IMG/VR virus record: IMGVR_UViG_3300021139_000014
Coordinates: 1 to 61,394 of that record
DNA: 61,394 nucleotides
Source: a virus
Taxonomy: Duplodnaviria; Caudoviricetes
Direction: 5' to 3' (one strand)
Part shown: in pieces, positions 1-8,926 of the stretch
How positions within the stretch are numbered: the stretch's first letter is position 1
Layout: every line of letters starts with the position of its first letter
Position numbers and translations under genes: made by a program
Notes under the pieces: generated by a model
Databases searched by the model: none
Told to the model about the DNA's origin: nothing
The model's input: only the letters and a program-made list of their open reading frames with translations

Positions 1-110
1 TCATCTACTGCTATTAATGCACATTGTTGTACTTTTTCAAATGGTACAAATCCATCTAAAAGAACATAATAACTATCTATTAAGTCCGTTGCTTTTTCTT
101 TTGGTGTCAT
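1..110 (-). CDS. Hypothetical phage protein, 3' end outside window (MTPKEKA...QCALIAVDE)
   Basis: Manual translation from the ATG at 110, which overlaps the stop of ORF 107..313; resembles a small protein type common in Bacteroidota phages. Confidence 0.6.
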   Translation of the reverse strand, partial: MTPKEKATDLIDSYYVLLDGFVPFEKVQQCALIAVD

Positions 111-313
111 AGCTTTGTTATTTTAAGGTCACTACTTACGCTTGTATACCACTCAGTACCATACTTGGGTTTTTCAATCATCACATCATTGTTCTCTATA
201 ATGAAACAGATGGTGTTTAAGAACTCCCTGTTTAACACTGGTAGCTTACCATCTAAATCATAGTCTAATACCCCTAGGTATAGCTCAGCTATTTTTTCTC
301 TATCTAATATCAT
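107..313 (-). CDS. Hypothetical protein
   Basis: 68-aa ORF coupled to the next gene by an ATGA overlap. Confidence 0.6.
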   Translation of the reverse strand: MILDREKIAELYLGVLDYDLDGKLPVLNREFLNTICFIIENNDVMIEKPKYGTEWYTSVSSDLKITKL

Positions 314-410
314 TGGTTATGGTTTTTGTCATGTATTGTGTGCATATGATTAAATGAACTACTCCACTTTTTCTGTTTTTTATTAAATAAATTTAATATC
401 CATTTCATAA

Positions 411-908
411 TCATTTCTCTACTATTTTATTGTCTATTGTTGGGTAGGTGCTGATGGTTTGCATCATGCCATTAAAGGTAGTATCAAAGGCTAAGGTCTC
501 ATCATACCACTTAGCTCTATCCTTACCATATATCTTTCCTGGGTTTATAAAGTACATATCAGTACCTGCCTTCCTACCTATAAACTTTTTATCCAATAAG
601 TCCTCTATTCCCCTGTATATAGTTGGTCTGCCCGTTACATTAAACTCTGTCATCAGCTCAGGTACATTCAATCTAACCACATCCTTATTCAGCTCCTTGA
701 ATATATAGCTGAGTATTTTTACAGCCATTGAGTTTAAATTACGAAAGTCTTCGTAGGCATTTGGGTATATTCTAATATGATTCTCCATGTCCCTTCTCTT
801 GAACTTAATCTCCCCAGAGTCCTTGTCTACCTCTCCCCACTTAGGGAAATAACCATGCTCTACCCTAAATGGATTATGCTCATAGGTTGCGTAATTAGTT
901 ATTCTCAT
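411..908 (-). CDS. RepL-like winged-helix replication/regulatory protein
   Basis: wHTH-like segment ELMTEFNVTGRPTIYRGIEDLL followed by YFINP; own TATATTTG promoter 4 nt upstream. Confidence 0.6.
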   Translation of the reverse strand: MRITNYATYEHNPFRVEHGYFPKWGEVDKDSGEIKFKRRDMENHIRIYPNAYEDFRNLNSMAVKILSYIFKELNKDVVRLNVPELMTEFNVTGRPTIYRGIEDLLDKKFIGRKAGTDMYFINPGKIYGKDRAKWYDETLAFDTTFNGMMQTISTYPTIDNKIVEK

Positions 909-912
909 ATAA

Positions 913-920
913 CAAATATA
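913..920 (-). promoter_or_regulatory. Bacteroidota -7 promoter element TATATTTG
   Basis: Matches TAnnTTTG, 4 nt before the ATG at 908. Confidence 0.7.
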
Positions 921-1689
921 ACAATAATTGTTACAACTAACAAATATTATTACATATTATTTAAGCTTTCATTGTAATGTTTTTTATTACAATAGGCATA
1001 AAATCGTAACATTAATTGTTACACTCTTTTATAACAGTATTACGTTTGAGGGGTGTTACAGTATATATTACTATAGAGCTAGACGAAGCACGCGAGTCGT
1101 AGCGGGATTTATATCCTAATGCATATAATTTAGCTGATTATGTACTTTTTATATGCTTTTACGTATAGTGGTAAATTATAGGAGATATACTCGTAGTATG
1201 GGGACTCATATTCATATATATATAAGGGGGTAGGGGTGGAATCCCAAAAAACTAAACCGTGTACCCCTCGGATAAAATTTTTCATCGGTCACATGACCCG
1301 CGGCCGCATTCGCTCACCTGGTGAAAGGAAGCTAATACCTGGTAAATATATTTTTTTAATTTCCTGGTATGTTTGTTCCTGGGTTACTCCCTCCATTCAT
1401 TCATCCAAAGTCTAAAACATTCTTACCACCTGGCAACAAATTATAAAGTAATTGAGGCCCAGGTTTACCACGTTGCAAAGTATCGGCGGGCCCCGTTTAC
1501 CTTATAAGCTGTTTACCTTTTATTATTTTATCATTAATGAATAAATAATTTAAAAATACTGGTAAGGTTTACCTAGTTTTTGCATTAATGTATAAAGGAT
1601 AAAAAAATAATATGGTTACATTTTAGCCAGTTTAACATATATGATAAAAGGCACCAGCCTATTAATAAATAAACAAAAACAAAAAAAAC
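921..1689. other. Non-coding divergence region between leftward and rightward arms; candidate origin or genome end
   Basis: No credible ORF; several short inverted repeats, a G-rich tract near 1226-1240, clustered CCWGG and GTTTACC motifs. Confidence 0.45.
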
Positions 1690-2004
1690 ATGACACACAC
1701 ACAAAGCACCCAGGCATTAACAATTGCAACAGCCTACAAGTCTAAACAAATTAGAGCAGCATTAAGAAACCCAAAAAACTCAGGTAATTTTAACCAAATT
1801 TTATTGGAGGCCTTAAGTATTAAGAAAGAAAAAAGAAACGGAATTTTTGCCGCGTTATTTTGTTTCCTATTCTGTAATCTTTTAAACTTACCACTATTAA
1901 GTTTAATATTTGAGGGATACAATTTAGGCGCGGCAATTGGGGCCGCTGTTTTTTCTGGTGTTTTTCTTATGGTTTCCCTTGCATTATTGGAGGGAGAAAA
2001 TTAA
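1690..2004 (+). CDS. Early membrane protein (two predicted TM helices)
   Basis: Hydrophobic C-terminal half; A-rich initiation region. Confidence 0.65.
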   Translation: MTHTQSTQALTIATAYKSKQIRAALRNPKNSGNFNQILLEALSIKKEKRNGIFAALFCFLFCNLLNLPLLSLIFEGYNLGAAIGAAVFSGVFLMVSLALLEGEN

Positions 2005-2027
2005 CACATTTTAACAAAGCTTTAACA
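2001..2027 (+). repeat. Three phased TTAACA direct repeats
   Basis: TTAACA at 2001, 2011, 2022. Confidence 0.6.
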
Positions 2028-2117
2028 GACCCTTTGATTGCTGATATTATCAAAATAGTACTTTCACATTGTCAAACGGGGAAACCCAATAAATAAAACA
2101 CATTAAATAAAATTAAC

Positions 2118-2279
2118 ATGCAAACAATTACTTTAGATTCAAAAAAATTAAGACTAGCTACAGCCTGGATGATTTACCAGGGTTTAAAAGTAACCCCAAA
2201 AAATTTAAAGAATGCTTCTATTTTATCAACTGAGCAGCTAGAAAAAATTTTAACAGACAGAGGAGTAAATATAAACTAA
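2118..2279 (+). CDS. Small hypothetical early protein (53 aa, absent from the ORF track)
   Basis: Manual translation MQTITLDSKKLRLATAWMIYQG...; fills the gap, A-rich leader. Confidence 0.55.
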   Translation: MQTITLDSKKLRLATAWMIYQGLKVTPKNLKNASILSTEQLEKILTDRGVNIN

Positions 2280-2319
2280 TAACCAGGGCCACGTCAAACG
2301 GGCCCACAAATTAACACAC

Positions 2320-2517
2320 ATGAAAACACTTACAAGAAACTACCTACAGCGCACAGCCTTGAACATTTTCACATTCGGTTATGGAATGCCAAAAGACGCG
2401 CGCGACATGTTCGGGACATTGGGAGGTTCAGAATATTTTGAAACTAAAAAAGGGGACGTCTACCAGGTGACAAAAGATGACAGAAACAAATTCATTTTAA
2501 TATATAAAATAAAATAA
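2320..2517 (+). CDS. Hypothetical early protein
   Basis: 65-aa ORF in a tightly packed run. Confidence 0.65.
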   Translation: MKTLTRNYLQRTALNIFTFGYGMPKDARDMFGTLGGSEYFETKKGDVYQVTKDDRNKFILIYKIK

Positions 2518-2518
2518 C

Positions 2519-2746
2519 ATGCTACAAGCTATTAACAAAAAACATCAAACAAAAGTAAATAGAGCCGTTTATTGGATTACAAAATACAGCCACTTAAATA
2601 ATTTGAGGGACATTGCCGATGGGAACGGGGAAGAAAAAGAATATAAAAAATATGATAGACTTTGCGCGCGCTCCTTTGATAAGTATCTAGATTATTTATA
2701 TGAGCTACCAAAGCGCGAACAAAAACAAATAGAAAAAAACTTTTAA
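2519..2746 (+). CDS. Hypothetical early protein
   Basis: 75-aa ORF in a tightly packed run. Confidence 0.65.
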   Translation: MLQAINKKHQTKVNRAVYWITKYSHLNNLRDIADGNGEEKEYKKYDRLCARSFDKYLDYLYELPKREQKQIEKNF

Positions 2747-2764
2747 AAAATTAAATTAAATACC

Positions 2765-2989
2765 ATGACACACATTAAAAAAAAATATTTCTTTTTTTAT
2801 ACCACGGAATTTATTTCTGAGGCAGCGAGGCAACATAAAGAAACTAGCTTTATTTTAGCTGAGAAAGATTGCATATACCCAGAGCGCACAAAGGAATTTA
2901 AAATTCTTAAAGACTGGGGAGACCGCGACATAATCCAGACATACGGATACTCAACTACCAAAAATAATATTGACAATTTAAAAAACTAA
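2765..2989 (+). CDS. Hypothetical early protein
   Basis: 74-aa ORF in a tightly packed run. Confidence 0.6.
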   Translation: MTHIKKKYFFFYTTEFISEAARQHKETSFILAEKDCIYPERTKEFKILKDWGDRDIIQTYGYSTTKNNIDNLKN

Positions 2990-3000
2990 AATTAAAAAAC

Positions 3001-3720
3001 ATGAGCACACAAACAAACCTTTTAAAATTTCAGCGCGGGAATGCAAAGCTCGGCCGCGACATTTTCACATTTTCATTACCAGCGGGCCATTCGTGCCCGT
3101 TTGCAAATGATTGCCTAAGCAAGGCGGATAAATTAACGGGTAAATTAACAGACGGCCCAGAAACAAAATTTAGATGTTTTGCAGCCAGCGCGGAGGCCGT
3201 ATACCCAGCCGTTAGGGCGGCAAGATGGCACAATTTTGACATGTTAAAAAAACTAAGCACAGACAGGGCGGCCGCGTTAATCCTAGAAAGTTTACCAGCG
3301 CGCGCGGGGATTGTTCGTATACATGTTTCTGGTGATTTCTTTAATGAGTCGTACTTTATGGCCTGGGTGAAAGTTGCAGCCGCTAGGCCTGAGGTGACCT
3401 TTTACGCGTACACAAAATCATTAATGTACTGGGTTAATCATATTAAGGAAGTACCTAGTAACTTTATTTTGAACGCCAGCGAGGGCGGTAAATTGGACGC
3501 TCAAATATCTGAGCACGGCCTCAAATTTGCAAAAGTGGTATACAGCCCAGAGGAAGCCGCGGCCCTGGGTCTAGAAATTGACCACACAGATGAAGCAGCC
3601 TATAAGACTTCCCAAAGCTTCGCTCTATTAATCCATGGCCAGCAGCCCAAAGGAAGCAAAGCCAGCCAGGCAATAAAGGAATTGAAAAAAAGAGACATTA
3701 AATTTTCTTACTCAAATTAA
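3001..3720 (+). CDS. Gene product 88 (Gp88)-like protein
   Basis: GNAKL...FSLPAGHSCPFANDC...CFA, RIHVSGDF and FYAYTK motifs. Confidence 0.75.
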   Translation: MSTQTNLLKFQRGNAKLGRDIFTFSLPAGHSCPFANDCLSKADKLTGKLTDGPETKFRCFAASAEAVYPAVRAARWHNFDMLKKLSTDRAAALILESLPARAGIVRIHVSGDFFNESYFMAWVKVAAARPEVTFYAYTKSLMYWVNHIKEVPSNFILNASEGGKLDAQISEHGLKFAKVVYSPEEAAALGLEIDHTDEAAYKTSQSFALLIHGQQPKGSKASQAIKELKKRDIKFSYSN

Positions 3721-3724
3721 TATC

Positions 3725-3937
3725 ATGTATAAATTTATAAAATCTAAATGTCAAAACTTTTGCACAGATACGGCCGTTAAAATATTCGTAGGTGACAAAA
3801 TCTTATTAAGTGATGGCCGCGCATATTCTGAATATTCACCTACTTACCAGGAAACAAAAGAGGCCCAAAAACTTTTGGACATGCTCGCAGCCAGGGAGCC
3901 CGCGCACTGGGACACGCATACCAGCATCAACTATTAA
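3725..3937 (+). CDS. Hypothetical protein
   Basis: 70-aa ORF ending just before a terminator. Confidence 0.6.
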   Translation: MYKFIKSKCQNFCTDTAVKIFVGDKILLSDGRAYSEYSPTYQETKEAQKLLDMLAAREPAHWDTHTSINY

Positions 3938-3941
3938 AATG

Positions 3942-3965
3942 TTGGGCCTTCGGGCCCAATTTTTT
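3942..3965 (+). terminator. Rho-independent terminator with a UUCG tetraloop
   Basis: TTGGGCC-TTCG-GGCCCAA followed by a T run. Confidence 0.85.
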
Positions 3966-4037
3966 AAAATTTTACTATCATAGTTTACTATCATCATCGG
4001 CAAAAACAGTACGGTCACGCCAAATTTTTTATAAATT

Positions 4038-4065
4038 TTAACAACTCTTTAACACTTTTTTAACA
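4038..4065 (+). repeat. Three phased TTAACA direct repeats
   Basis: TTAACA at 4038, 4049, 4060 (11-bp period). Confidence 0.65.
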
Positions 4066-4098
4066 AATCAATTTATAAATTGCATTCAAATTTAAAAC

Positions 4099-4275
4099 AT
4101 GAGGACACAAATTAAACCCTTCACCTATGTTGAGCTAATTGGCCTAATAGCTGATTTAGAGGCTCAAAATAACCCTTCAGATAAGGACATCATAACCTTT
4201 TATAAAAGGCTAAAAGAAAAAACAGAAAAAGAAATATTAACAAAAATCTTAATTGAATTAGAACTTTTAAAATAA
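4099..4275 (+). CDS. Small hypothetical protein (58 aa, absent from the ORF track)
   Basis: Manual translation MRTQIKPFTYVELIGLIADLE...; fills the gap. Confidence 0.55.
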   Translation: MRTQIKPFTYVELIGLIADLEAQNNPSDKDIITFYKRLKEKTEKEILTKILIELELLK

Positions 4276-4280
4276 ACAAT

Positions 4281-4667
4281 ATGACAATCAAATTAACACC
4301 GCAAGAGTCAGAAGAGTACTTTTACAATGCTTTATGCAATGGCCTAGGATACGTTGAATCTGGCTATAATTTAGAGCTTAGATACAACGAGGATGTTTTC
4401 CCAATCGTGGCAAATAAGCTCAAGGAAGACGGAAAACAATGCTGTTACGAGGATATTATCATGGAACTACTTCGCACGGGTCAACCAATTACCCTATACG
4501 ATTATGAATGTGATGAAGACCATTTTATTAGAATTGAAGATGTACACGAAAGAGTACAGAATACACCTATTGAATACCTGATGGAAATGATAACAGAGAA
4601 CGATGATGCTGATACAGCTGATGTCATCATCCAAACGGTTTTTTTAGGTGGGGTAATTTATGGTTAA
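4281..4667 (+). CDS. Hypothetical acidic phage protein
   Basis: 128 aa ending DADTADVIIQTVFLGGVIYG, a C-terminal pattern seen in early phage proteins. Confidence 0.75.
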   Translation: MTIKLTPQESEEYFYNALCNGLGYVESGYNLELRYNEDVFPIVANKLKEDGKQCCYEDIIMELLRTGQPITLYDYECDEDHFIRIEDVHERVQNTPIEYLMEMITENDDADTADVIIQTVFLGGVIYG

Positions 4668-4685
4668 ACAATTAAATTAAACAAT

Positions 4686-4892
4686 ATGACAACGCTAAAC
4701 ATAAACGACAAGCAATACAAAATACACATCCAAAGGACAAGTAAGTACAAAATAGCCTCAGCTATTACGGACGATAAAAAGCCTTACAGAGCATTTAAAA
4801 AAACCTTCAGACTATATACAAAAGACAATCAAATTATAAAAGATATTGAGATTGCTTTAACAAATTTTAACAATCCATTAACAACAATGTAA
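4686..4892 (+). CDS. Hypothetical protein
   Basis: 68-aa ORF. Confidence 0.55.
   Translation: MTTLNINDKQYKIHIQRTSKYKIASAITDDKKPYRAFKKTFRLYTKDNQIIKDIEIALTNFNNPLTTM
4857..4883 (+). repeat. Three phased TTAACA direct repeats
   Basis: TTAACA at 4857, 4867, 4878. Confidence 0.6.
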
Positions 4893-4930
4893 TAAGTTAG
4901 ATAATACTTTTACATTCTAAAACAAACATT

Positions 4931-5389
4931 ATGAAAAAAGAAACAAGAGCCTACTTATTAGAGATTGACAATGCTATTGTCAGAGAAAAATTATTATCTA
5001 AAAGCATTAGCGAGCTTACCGATGATGAGTTTATTGAATCAGCTGAACAATTCGGAGACGTTATGACCTTATCAAAACTTGCAGAAATGATTAACAATGA
5101 CAACATCATCATGTCTGATTTCTACATTAGATTTATTGAGGTAGAGATATACGAGCTTCAATTGACCATTAGAGAATGGTTTGATACCTTACCTATTGAT
5201 TTAAGATACAAAGCATTAAGAAATACCGATGAGTGGCGAATGAATCATAAGGCATCATCTTTTGAAGAGGCCTTAAAAGGTTCATTTGTTTGGAAGGATA
5301 CAGAAGAGGGACATGAATTTTGGGAAGACATTTATGACAATCATCAAGAACAATTAGCTAACGACCTTTGGGAGCGTTCAGCTGAATAA
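4931..5389 (+). CDS. Hypothetical protein
   Basis: 152 aa with C-terminal SFVWKDTEEGHEFW motif. Confidence 0.75.
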   Translation: MKKETRAYLLEIDNAIVREKLLSKSISELTDDEFIESAEQFGDVMTLSKLAEMINNDNIIMSDFYIRFIEVEIYELQLTIREWFDTLPIDLRYKALRNTDEWRMNHKASSFEEALKGSFVWKDTEEGHEFWEDIYDNHQEQLANDLWERSAE

Positions 5390-5534
5390 AACAATACGAC
5401 ATGAAAAAAATATACTACCTAAACCATTGGATATTTCAAATCGGAAACGATTGGGTTGTATCCCTTGACGAATCATATCACAAGACATTAACAAGCGCAA
5501 AGGCTTGGATTGATTACCTAACTAAATAAACAAC

Positions 5535-5801
5535 ATGAAATATAGAATCGTTAAGCACTCTTGGAATGGCGCATACATAACTGATAACATGAACTACTAC
5601 ACCATAGAGGAGCGCAAATTTAGTATCATCAGCGCACTGAGAAGGGTATTCCTTGTAGATAATTCATGGGATGAATGGGTGCCAATAAAAGATAAAAAAG
5701 AGCCTATCCATTTTAATGCCTATATGGATGCTTACCATTGCTTTCTAAGATTAATATCGGGAGAGCCTGTTGGAGACTGGAAAGAAGAAATTATTAAATA
5801 A
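5535..5801 (+). CDS. Hypothetical protein
   Basis: 88-aa ORF starting MKYRIV. Confidence 0.65.
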   Translation: MKYRIVKHSWNGAYITDNMNYYTIEERKFSIISALRRVFLVDNSWDEWVPIKDKKEPIHFNAYMDAYHCFLRLISGEPVGDWKEEIIK

Positions 5802-5811
5802 AAACAATACA

Positions 5812-6018
5812 ATGACAAAAACAGAAATTGAATGGCCTATGATTGAGGTTAGAGCAACCTACAAGGTCACAGAAAACTGGGCTGAATACGAAGGCCACGG
5901 AAGACATTTAGTTGATGAGGGAGAAAGAGAGCTGACCAATTTAGAACTTTACATTGCAGGTGAAACCATAGATATTATGGACAAGCTTCCACAAATTATT
6001 AAACACATAAATCTATAA
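5812..6018 (+). CDS. Hypothetical protein
   Basis: ATG at 5812 with an A-rich leader preferred over the upstream TTG. Confidence 0.6.
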   Translation: MTKTEIEWPMIEVRATYKVTENWAEYEGHGRHLVDEGERELTNLELYIAGETIDIMDKLPQIIKHINL

Positions 6019-6019
6019 C

Positions 6020-6226
6020 ATGAAAAACAACATCCTACACGCCCTAGCTACTTTTATAGCTAGCAACTACGACCAATTAAAGAAAGACTACAATGAATTA
6101 AGTAAAGAGAAAAAGGCTTTAATGCCAATTTCCATATTCATAGTAGGAACATTTGATACCCTATTATCTAACCAACAAGAAGAAAATGATAAGCTATCTA
6201 AAGAAGCTGCTGACCAATCAGCATAA
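6020..6226 (+). CDS. Hypothetical protein
   Basis: 68-aa ORF. Confidence 0.65.
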   Translation: MKNNILHALATFIASNYDQLKKDYNELSKEKKALMPISIFIVGTFDTLLSNQQEENDKLSKEAADQSA

Positions 6227-6380
6227 CCATAAATGGGTGCTAGACAAATCATTTACGTCCAGTAATGCAAGGTATGGACACGAGTGCTATACCTGCAGCT
6301 GCGGCAAAATCAAGCACATTAAAAGGTCTTGGAATCGTAAACCAATAGTGGTAATAATAAATAAAACACAAGAAAAATGA
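6186..6380 (+). CDS. Small His/Cys (zinc-ribbon-like) protein
   Basis: HNHKW...CYTCSCGK; ATG at 6186. Confidence 0.5.
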   Translation: MISYLKKLLTNQHNHKWVLDKSFTSSNARYGHECYTCSCGKIKHIKRSWNRKPIVVIINKTQEK

Positions 6381-6527
6381 CTAAATATCAGCTGATGAAT
6401 GAGGTAGAAAAAAGATTAATCATTACAGAAATTAATCATTCGTTATTATATGATAGCGAAGCCTACAAACAAATTATGTCAATCGTAAAGAAAAGCAATC
6501 CAGTTAAAACAATTAAACTATTCCCAA

Positions 6528-6734
6528 ATGAAAATAAGACTAATTAAAGAAACAAATCACATCAAAGGAACAATATGGTATGTAATTGAAAAATACAATG
6601 GCACCTACTGGGAGAATATATATTCAACCATGGAAGGGCCAAATGCCTTGGCAAAATTTGATAAGCTAAAAGAACTTGATAATGAGGTAACTAAAGAAAC
6701 ATTACAAGAATTTGAAAAAAAGTTTGAAAAATAA
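6528..6734 (+). CDS. Hypothetical protein
   Basis: 68-aa ORF. Confidence 0.65.
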   Translation: MKIRLIKETNHIKGTIWYVIEKYNGTYWENIYSTMEGPNALAKFDKLKELDNEVTKETLQEFEKKFEK

Positions 6735-6784
6735 TTTGCGATATTCACAATTGTATATAACTTTACAAACCTAAAACACACAAC

Positions 6785-6988
6785 ATGATAAGAGATGTAC
6801 AAGAAACAATCGTAGCTGATGCTAGGCAAAGTGTACGAAAACTATTAGAAGCCGCAATCATATTCCCAGACAACAAGGAAGAGATGATTGATATGGCCAT
6901 GGAAACGATTGAATTAACTATTCTTAATTCTTTTTGGAAGCATGGTATAGGTGGTACCATAAGAACTGAGAAAGGAGAAAATTTATAA
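6785..6988 (+). CDS. Hypothetical protein
   Basis: 67-aa ORF after a promoter-like TAACTTTA. Confidence 0.65.
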   Translation: MIRDVQETIVADARQSVRKLLEAAIIFPDNKEEMIDMAMETIELTILNSFWKHGIGGTIRTEKGENL

Positions 6989-7000
6989 ATCAAAAACAAC

Positions 7001-7249
7001 ATGAAAGCACTAATTAAAGAAAAACAAGAAAGAGTAAATCCACCTTATCCATGTATTAAGGACAATAAAGCAAGTAGAACTGGCGACTTACCATATGTCA
7101 TAGTTCTTTTTAAAGGGCAAGGAGTTGGAACAATATTATATTCTAGTAATGAGAATTATGACTATAAATATAAGACAGGATTTTATTCAGAACTTCTTAA
7201 TGAGTCTAATTTTGAATTATTTCAAGGACAAATAACTTTATCAAACTAA
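7001..7249 (+). CDS. Hypothetical protein
   Basis: 82 aa ending FELFQGQITLSN. Confidence 0.7.
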   Translation: MKALIKEKQERVNPPYPCIKDNKASRTGDLPYVIVLFKGQGVGTILYSSNENYDYKYKTGFYSELLNESNFELFQGQITLSN

Positions 7250-7272
7250 ATTTATAAACTAAAAACACACAC

Positions 7273-7830
7273 ATGAGTATTATTAAAATTCAAGAGGAGT
7301 TACACGCTCCCAAAAATCAACGCAACAACTTTGGCAACTACAACTATCGTAGTGCTGAGGATATTATCGAGGCAGTAAAGCCTATTGCCCACAAGTACGG
7401 ATACTATTTAAAAATCTCTGATGAGATTGTTGAGGTAGGTGGTCGTATCTATGTAAGAGCTATGGCTGTATTGGCTACAGAGGATGGCAAGAAAGAGTAC
7501 ATATCAATGGGATGGGCTAGAGAAGAAGAAACAAAGAAGGGAATGGATGCCTCGCAGATTACAGGTGCTGCTTCATCCTACGCTCGTAAGTATGCCTTGA
7601 ATGGCTTATTGGCTATTGATGACACAAAGGATTCTGATGCCACTAATACCCATGATAAGGCAGATGCTCCAATACAAGCTCAAGTAGATAATGACCTGCC
7701 ATGGTTAGAAGAGAAGTCTGAATCATTTGAGAAGGTTAAGAAGGCTATCCAAGATGGCAAGGCAACCTTAGCTGATGCAAGAAAGAAATTCAAAATCAGT
7801 AAGAAGGTATCCGAATTATTAATTAAATAA
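7273..7830 (+). CDS. ERF-family single-strand annealing protein
   Basis: NFGNYNYRSAEDI and SQITGAASSYARKYALNGLLAI signatures. Confidence 0.9.
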   Translation: MSIIKIQEELHAPKNQRNNFGNYNYRSAEDIIEAVKPIAHKYGYYLKISDEIVEVGGRIYVRAMAVLATEDGKKEYISMGWAREEETKKGMDASQITGAASSYARKYALNGLLAIDDTKDSDATNTHDKADAPIQAQVDNDLPWLEEKSESFEKVKKAIQDGKATLADARKKFKISKKVSELLIK

Positions 7831-7837
7831 ACTTATA

Positions 7838-7900
7838 GCCCTCACCATAATATTATTAATTATTAACAGGGGTATTAGCGATTATAAGGTGGGGGCATTT
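7838..7900 (+). terminator. Long-loop hairpin, possible terminator or regulatory element
   Basis: GCCCTCACC-ATAAT pairs with ATTAT-AA-GGTGGGGGC; short T run follows. Confidence 0.5.
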
Positions 7901-7913
7901 TAAAACAAACAAC

Positions 7914-8687
7914 ATGATTACATTACAAGATTTAAACGAAAGACCATTAAGCTATAGCTCATTAAAACAATTTGCTATTAGCCCTAAGCATTTCATTAAC
8001 TACAGAAACAAACCAAAGGAAACAACAGCTGCATTAACCTACGGACAGGCATTACATTGTATGCTATTAGAGCCTAACGAATTTGACAATCAGTTTATTG
8101 TGTCTCCTAAGTTTGATTTAAGAACTACAATAGGCAAAGAGGGACACGCAAAGTTTCAAGAGCAATCAGTTGGCAAGACTGTGCTTGATGAGAAATTGCA
8201 TACTGAGTTATTTAATTTAGTAGAGCATGTAAAAGCTAACCCTGAGTGGGAGGTATTAATCAATGGAGCTGATAAGGAGGTAGAAGAAAGAACAGAGATA
8301 TACGGATTACCATTCGTAACTATCAAGGACATTGTAAAGGCTAATGGGGTAGTTGATGTTAAGTCAGTACAAAGTGGGCAGATAGATACCTTGATTAAGG
8401 ACTTCTATAACTATCAGTATCATTTACAAAGTGCTATCTATACTCAGAATGGAGAATCATTTGCGTTCTACATAATAGAAAAAGGAGAGCCATACTACAA
8501 TAGCTTGATTAATGTATCTGATGAGTTTATCAGCTATGGTAAGAAGGAGTTAGAGAGATTATGCTTAGCCTTTAACTATTGTTTAGAAAGACCTGAGTGC
8601 TTTGAAATGTCTTATGACTTCTGGTACAAATTTAATGGCATCAAACCTGTTATATCACTACCTTATTGGGTAAAAAATAATGACTAA
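7914..8687 (+). CDS. PD-(D/E)XK exonuclease (RecE/ExoVIII-like)
   Basis: LSYSSLK, G.ALH, D...VVDVKS, YQYHLQSAIY; adjacent to ERF. Confidence 0.85.
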   Translation: MITLQDLNERPLSYSSLKQFAISPKHFINYRNKPKETTAALTYGQALHCMLLEPNEFDNQFIVSPKFDLRTTIGKEGHAKFQEQSVGKTVLDEKLHTELFNLVEHVKANPEWEVLINGADKEVEERTEIYGLPFVTIKDIVKANGVVDVKSVQSGQIDTLIKDFYNYQYHLQSAIYTQNGESFAFYIIEKGEPYYNSLINVSDEFISYGKKELERLCLAFNYCLERPECFEMSYDFWYKFNGIKPVISLPYWVKNND

Positions 8688-8911
8688 TGAAAACAGCAGT
8701 AGCTTGGGTATTTGAAAGATTAAAAGATACCTATAATAATGAGGGTAAAATAGATTTAAAAGATTTAGAGTTATACGAAACATTAGCAGTTAATAAAGAA
8801 CGTATACAAATTATAGAATCTTGGCTTGATGGTAGACAAGATGGTTATCAACAAATTAATATTGAGTACGGTAAAGAATATTACAACGAAAAGTATAACA
8901 AAAACAAATAA
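8687..8911 (+). CDS. Hypothetical phage protein
   Basis: MKTAVAW...EYYNEKY pattern common in Bacteroidota phages. Confidence 0.7.
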   Translation: MKTAVAWVFERLKDTYNNEGKIDLKDLELYETLAVNKERIQIIESWLDGRQDGYQQINIEYGKEYYNEKYNKNK

Positions 8912-8926
8912 CTATATATTTGCATT

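Noticed and set aside
448-1119. Short + strand ORFs 448..708, 777..977 and 928..1119, and similar antisense ORFs across the late arm
   Set aside because: They are antisense to better-supported genes or lie in the regulatory region, without plausible initiation context or protein-like composition.
2071-2305. 10-bp direct repeat GTCAAACGGG at 2071 and 2293, the second within a small hairpin
   Set aside because: Only two short copies, too little to separate from chance in this palindrome-rich segment.
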